A DNA stretch of 64,000 nucleotides from Eledone cirrhosa (taxonomy: Eukaryota), in NCBI GenBank assembly GCA_964016885.1, contig OZ024753.1, positions 40,610,001-40,674,000 of the forward strand, in the 5' to 3' direction. The position numbers and the translations under genes were made by a program. The notes beneath the pieces are model-generated. The model searched no databases. It was not told where the DNA came from and was given only the letters and a program-made list of their open reading frames with translations. The stretch's first letter is position 1; each line of letters begins with the position of its first letter. Of this stretch, positions 56,703 to 64,000 are shown piece after piece.

Positions 56703-57924
56703 AGTTGATGAGGAGGATTTAGATAATGGCGATGATGATTCTGATGGCGTTGATGATGGCAAAGATGTTGATTATGATGATGGTGATAATGTTGATGATA
56801 GTAGTGATTATAGTGGTATTGCTATTCACTATAATAATGACGGTGATGATGATAATGATGATGATGATGATGATAATATAGGTGATGATGATAATATAGG
56901 TGATGATGAGGACTTTGATAATGGCGATGATGATGATTCTGGTTCTGGGGACGCTGATGATGGCGATGATGTTGATTCTGATGACGCTGATGATGATGAT
57001 GTTGATTCTGGTGACGCTGATGATGACGATGATGTTGATTCTGCTTCTGGTGAAGCTGATGATGGTGAGAATGATGTTGATTATGATGATGATTATAATG
57101 CTGAGGTATTTTCTGTTGCTGTGTTATTTGCATGAAGTTGAAGATATATATGTATTGCATGATTAATTAATAACACATGTGGAGAATCTGGAAGGTGGGG
57201 TGTAAAACAATACCCAGGACAAGAAGATCTGACTAAATTTAAAGACGTATAAAAGAGAGCTACAACCCTCACCAAGAAATATGGTCATAATACACACACG
57301 CACACAAACAGGCACACACACAGGCATACACACACGCGCGCATACACACATAGGCACACACACACACACACACACACCCATACACGCAGGCACACACACA
57401 CACACGCACACACACAGGCACACACACAGCAATACACACGCGCGCGCATACACACACAGGCACACACACATACACGCAGGCACACACACACACATACACG
57501 CACGCACACACACACACGCACACACACAGGCACACACACACAGCAATACACACACATGCACATACAAACACAGGCACACACACACACATACACGCAGGCA
57601 CACACACACACGCATACACACAGGCACACACACAGCATTACACACACACGCGCATACACACACAGGCACACACACACACATGCACGCAGGCACACACACA
57701 CAGGCACACACACACACACAGCAATACACACACATACACACACAGGCACAGGCACACACAGGCACAGACACATATGCACACAGACACACGTACACACACA
57801 GGGACACACACACACACACAGTCACACAGACACCCACCCACACGCAGGGACACACGCGCACACACACAGCCACACAGGCACACGCACACAGCCACACAGG
57901 CACACACACACAAACGACATATTA

Positions 57925-58552
57925 GACAATTTGGTGGTAGGGTTAAGTTGATTAAATCCACCCCAATGCGTAACTGGTACTTTATTTTATCGAACCCATA
58001 AGGATGAAAGGCGAAGCTAATCTTGGCGGGATTCGAACTCAAATTGGAAAGGGACATAACTCTATGCTGCAAAGCATGGCGTCCGACCCTCTACCGATAC
58101 TGCCAATGGTGACTAAAATTATGATGACGATGATGATGATAATTTTGACTATAATGGCGATGACGATGATGATGATAATTTTGACTATAATGGCGATGAT
58201 GATGATGATGATGATAATTTTGACTATAATGGCGATGATGATGATGATGATGATAATTTTGACTATAATGGTGATGACGATGATGATGATAATTTTGACT
58301 ATAATGACGATGACGATGATGATAATTTTGACTATAATGACGATGGCGATGATGATGACAATGATAATTGTTTCTACTTTAGGCACAAGGCCAGCAAATT
58401 ACCCAGTGCATTACTGGTACTTTATTTTATCGACCCCGTAAGGATGAAAGGCAAAGTCAACCTCGGCGGGTTTTGAACTCAGATCGTAAAGGGACGTAAC
58501 TATGCTGGAAAGCATGGCGTCCGACTCCCTTACCGATACTGCCAATCCACCG
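57925..58552 (-). mobile_element. Two SINE S1 copies (57925-58106, 58365-58552) separated by a ~39-bp minisatellite
   Basis: Consensus matches; AATTTTGACTATAATG + (GAT)n repeated between them. Confidence 0.85.
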
Positions 58553-59539
58553 ACGATGACAATGATAATGATGACTATAGTGAATATGATGACAATGACA
58601 GCAATGACAACGATGACAATGATGACACTGGTGATTATGAAGGCGAACGTTGTGACATTGGCGGCGACGGCGACGTCGTTGGTCGCCTAGCACAGCTGCC
58701 TTTATCACTATAGATCTCTTTTTTTCATATAGAGGCCGCTTTCAAAATGGAAGCTTCAGCTATGCCATACTAAATCTTTAGTTATTCATCTGGTTGTTTC
58801 CTTAGTTCTTTCTTTCTTTCTTTCCTTTTTTCCTCTTTTTTTTTTTTTTTTTTTTTTTCACTGTTTGAAAACAACGCTAGGAATAAATTTCAATTAGTGG
58901 CATGTGTTGTTAATACTGGCGCGTATATGCTTGAAGAAATGTATATACTTCTTTCTGAGACTTACACGCTTTCCTTCTTGTTGTTGTTGTTGGTGGTGTT
59001 GTTGTTGTTGGTGTTGGTGTTGTTGTTGTCGGTGGTGGTGGTGGTGGTGTTGGTGTTGGTGTTGGTGTTGTCGTTGTTGTCGGTGGTGGTGGTGGTGGTG
59101 TTGGTGTTGGTGTTGGTGTTGTCGTTGTTGTTGGTGGTGGTGGTGTTGTTGGTGTTGTTGTTGGTGTTGGTGTTGGCGTTGTTGTTGGTGTTGGTGTTGT
59201 TGTTGTCGTCGGTGGTGGTGGTGGTGGTGGCGTTGTTGTTGTTAGTGGTGGTGGTGGTGGTGGTGGTGGTGTTGGTGGTGGTGGTGGCGTTGTTGTTGTT
59301 GGTGTTGTTGTTGTTGTTGTTGGTGTTGTTGTTGTTGTTGTTGGTGCTGCCACTACTCTTGCTGTTATTACTATTGGTGGTCTTTTGCTGTATTTGTTAT
59401 ATGTAATATACATACACACACAATATATATACACACATATATATATATATATATGTGTGTGTGTGTAGGTTTATATATATATATACATATATATAAACCT
59501 ATATATACACACACATATATATATATATGCACATGCATA

Positions 59540-59613
<74 letters not shown>

Positions 59614-59749
59614 TATGTACACGTACATACATATATGCATACAGACGTACAGTAGTATGTATATATATATATACATACATGCACAGATGTATACATATAA
59701 GTAACAGCCGTACTAAGAGTGGGAAATGAAATTTCGTTTCATTTTTTCC

Positions 59750-59916
<167 letters not shown>

Positions 59917-60399
59917 TATATACACCTATATATATATATATATATATAGATATATAGATATAGATATATATATAAGAATTGTCTTTTTTGTTAGTCTTAA
60001 TCACCTTTGTGTTATATTATTATTTATTATATTTTTTTTTTTTTTTTATGGGGAGGAGGAATGCATTTGTATATTTGTGTGCGTCTATGAGTTTGTGTAT
60101 TTAAGTGTGCGTAGTTTCAATCTTACTTTTAATCTAACATCGTGATATTTCTGTTTTTATATGTCTACAGTTGTTACAGATTCTAGCTTTTTTTCTGGCC
60201 GCCTTCTTCACTTGTAGAGAGAAGAACTTAAGCAAATCGAGAGGATTACGCTTAGCAATACAATACATTTTTCAATTTAGTTTTTCGCTTTGGCATATGT
60301 TCTCTGCATATGCGCTCAAGTGTCACTGCATGTGTTATCATTTACACACATGTATATAACATTTATACACTCACACAAACATATATACATACATATACC

Positions 60400-60446
<47 letters not shown>

Positions 60447-60453
60447 ATATATG

Positions 60454-60604
<151 letters not shown>

Positions 60605-60634
60605 GTATATATATATGTATATATATACATATAC

Positions 60635-60667
<33 letters not shown>

Positions 60668-60757
60668 CATATACATATATATATATACATATATATATGT
60701 ATATATATACATATACATATATATATATATATATATATGTATATACATATACATATA

Positions 60758-60897
<140 letters not shown>

Positions 60898-60920
60898 CAT
60901 ATATATATATATACATATAC

Positions 60921-60952
<32 letters not shown>

Positions 60953-60989
60953 ATATAGATATACATATATATATATATACATATACATA

Positions 60990-61212
60990 TATATATACCC
61001 TAGAAACGATCGTTAAATAGTGAACTTTTTTTGTTTAATATAAGGAATTGTTTGTTCATTATTTGTTTAATATTTTATCTTGACTCTGTATACCGTTTAT
61101 CTTTCACCGAAATTGGATTTTCATTACATCTCTTCTTTCCATGATATCCGGAATACATTGAGTTCTTCATACGGATTGGACACTACCGTAAACTCTTGGT
61201 AGATTTATCTAC
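60990..61212 (+). mobile_element. Family C element: 3' half of the hammerhead plus long 3' extension
   Basis: CCTAGAAACGATCGTTAAATAGTGAACTTTTTTTGTTTAATATAAGGAATTG matches 53122-53195 and continues ~135 nt further to (TA)n. Confidence 0.75.
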
Positions 61213-61337
<125 letters not shown>

Positions 61338-61757
61338 CATATATAATAGGTGTCTGCGTGTGTATATGTACATGTAAGTACATGTACATATGGTCGTTAG
61401 AAACTCTCAGGTGTACTTAACTATATAATTAGATACATATACGCATACTATACATATTGCAATATAACCGCATATGGTACTGGGTGTATTTAGATTTGGC
61501 TTCGAAGCTACATACTTTCTGTTTCAGCTTGATACCTTGGATATATTGTAGCCTTATTTATAATGACATGTTCACTTCAAATGTAGTCATATATATTAAC
61601 GATAAACTGTATTCTAACGAGAAGCTTCGTAATGGTAACTTCATACGTATAACTTTATCCAGGCATGTCTAAATTCTAATGTATTTCGTCTGTAGAGAAA
61701 TCGTTGAACAATTAATAGATATTAGCTATGGTAAGATATTCTTGTAATATTTTACAA

Positions 61758-62372
61758 GGGCGGTGGATTGGCAATATCGGTAGAGGGTCGGAAGCCATGC
61801 TTTTCAGCATAGTTACCTCCATTTACGGTCTGACTTCAAATCCCGCCGAGGTTAACTTTGCCTTTCATACTTGCGAGGTTGATAAAATAAAGTACCTGTT
61901 GCAGACATGTTGCAGACCTGTTGCAATCCCCATAGGATGGGACGGTATCCCTCTCACTCTGGGGTGGGTGAGAGATGTCTACTCTTCTGAAATGGGTATA
62001 GCTTTCATTATGTAAAATCTCCTAAGGTGGTGGATTGGCAGTCTCGATGGAGGGTCGGACGCCATGCTTTGAAGCATAGAGTTACCTCCCTTTATGACCT
62101 GAGTTCAAATCCAGCCGAGGTTACCTCTGCCTTTCATTCTTACGGGGTCGATAAAATAAAGTACCAGTAATGCACTGGGATAATTGCTGGCCTGGTGCCA
62201 AAAGTAAAACAATTATGTAAAATCTCCTAAGGTGGTGGATTGACTGTGTCGATGGAGGGTCGGACGCCATGCTTTTACGGCCCTTTATGGTCTGAGTTCA
62301 AATCCCGCCGAGGTTAACTTTGCCTTTCATCCTTGCGGGGGTCGTTAAAATAAAGTACCAGTAATGTACTGG
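61758..62372 (+). mobile_element. SINE S1 cluster (61758-61897, 62026-62215, 62231-62372), the last fused to a family A 3' end (62374-62433)
   Basis: Three tRNA heads; ATTATGTAAAATCTCCTAA precedes both the second and third copies. Confidence 0.85.
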
Positions 62373-62543
62373 TTAAGTATTGAGTACTTTGGTGCGCTAT
62401 GGTCCACCTGGTTCCTTACCACATTTCCTTCGTTATATATATATATTTATATATATATATATATAAACACATACATATACATATACATATATATGTATGT
62501 ATATATATATATATATACACATACATGTACATACATATATATA

Positions 62544-62760
62544 GGTACGTTATTCCCGGTTGAATCGGAGGTAAGGACAGTAAGTAAGGTACTCAATACA
62601 TAGCAGAGTATAAAAGTTTTAATATAGATGAGATTCTACAGGACTAGATCTGTTTCATTCGTTAGAAATCATCAGGAATCCCTGATGATACATCCCTGAT
62701 GATTCCTGATGATTTCTAAAGAATAAAACAGTTCTAGTCCTGTAGAATCTCATCTATATA
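62544..62760. mobile_element. Family K fold-back element
   Basis: Inverted arms 62622-62680 and 62701-62759; the left extension matches the reverse complement of 20380-20461. Confidence 0.85.
62632..62680 (-). ncRNA. Type I hammerhead motif (family K)
   Basis: GATTC-CTGATGA-TTTCTAACGAAT-GAAA-CAG-ATCTAGTC-CTG-TA-GAATC; the mirror copy at 62701-62749 has GAAA changed to AAAA. Confidence 0.78.
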
Positions 62761-62786
62761 AAATACATGTATATAAATATATATAA

Positions 62787-62839
<53 letters not shown>

Positions 62840-63123
62840 TGTGCGTGCGTGTGTGTGTACGTGTGTATGTATGAGCATGTGAGTGTGTATGTGCGTTCAT
62901 GTGAATATGTAAGAATTCAGTACAATTATTAACTGCACTTCTATTTTAGAATCGGCCGCTAATGTCTAACAGACACGTGTACTGTCAGAGAAACACACTA
63001 ATATTGAAGAGTACAATTAGAAAACAGTTTTGTATTTCTGTCTGCTTACGTAAATCCTTTTATTTTTTATCCTGGTGTCAATCAGCCTGGCTTGAAATCT
63101 TGGTTACTCTGTTTTCTCTCTCG

Positions 63124-63238
<115 letters not shown>

Positions 63239-63349
63239 ATATACATACACATACACACACATACACGCATATATATATATATATCCATATATATATATAT
63301 ATATATATATATATCCATATATATATATATATATATATGCATCTGTATG

Positions 63350-63414
<65 letters not shown>

Positions 63415-63452
63415 ATATATATATATATATATCCATATATATATATATATAT

Positions 63453-63531
<79 letters not shown>

Positions 63532-63627
63532 TATACATGTACATACAGATGCATATATATATATATGAACATACGTAAATGTATAAATACATGCATAGGA
63601 TCATATAAACTTATTATATATATAGGG

Positions 63628-63662
<35 letters not shown>

Positions 63663-64000
63663 GAAAGATATAGATATTACATGTGTGTGAGTGTGTATGT
63701 GTGTGTGTGTATGTATGCGTGTATGTGTGTGAGTGTGTGAGTGTGTGTGTATTTGTGCGTGCACATGTGTATCTATGTGTAACTGTCCATCTTTATCTCG
63801 TTATGTCTGTCGCTATAAACATAGCCGTACAGTAATCTATATACCTATCTAGTTTCACTCACACCGATTCTGTCTTCTATTTATCTGTATGTATAAAAAC
63901 TATAACGGGGTCCTCCATCGGTTTCAAAGAAATGTATTGCAATTGTTTCATCATCTCTATTTAACACACTACTCAAGCAGAATCAGCAATGCTTTGCAAC

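Overview
AT-rich, microsatellite-saturated animal non-coding DNA. The SINE types and 5S sequence point to a cephalopod, probably an octopod (inference). It contains one 200-N assembly gap (37560-37759). I find no credible host protein-coding gene; almost all supplied ORFs are translations of (TA)n, (CA)n, (GA)n or trinucleotide repeats. The window is a mosaic of retroposons: about 30 full or partial copies of a tRNA-headed Meta/MESC-core SINE, a second tRNA SINE, a 5S rRNA copy fused to a retroposon tail, a 5'-truncated R4/Dong-like LINE in a (CATA)n tract, two RTE-like non-autonomous elements, a hAT MITE and a 615-bp head-to-tail array. The main signal is a set of at least six unrelated families of short (150-550 bp) non-coding elements that abut (TA)n tracts, often form fold-back palindromes and carry type I hammerhead ribozyme (HHR) motifs. 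I count 12 complete cores and 2 damaged ones, some with compensatory stem changes between copies and one family with a ~100-nt stem II. A further 13-copy family keeps at most the 3' half of a hammerhead. These resemble Penelope-like (PLE) termini or retrozyme-like elements. All folds and alignments were done by eye.
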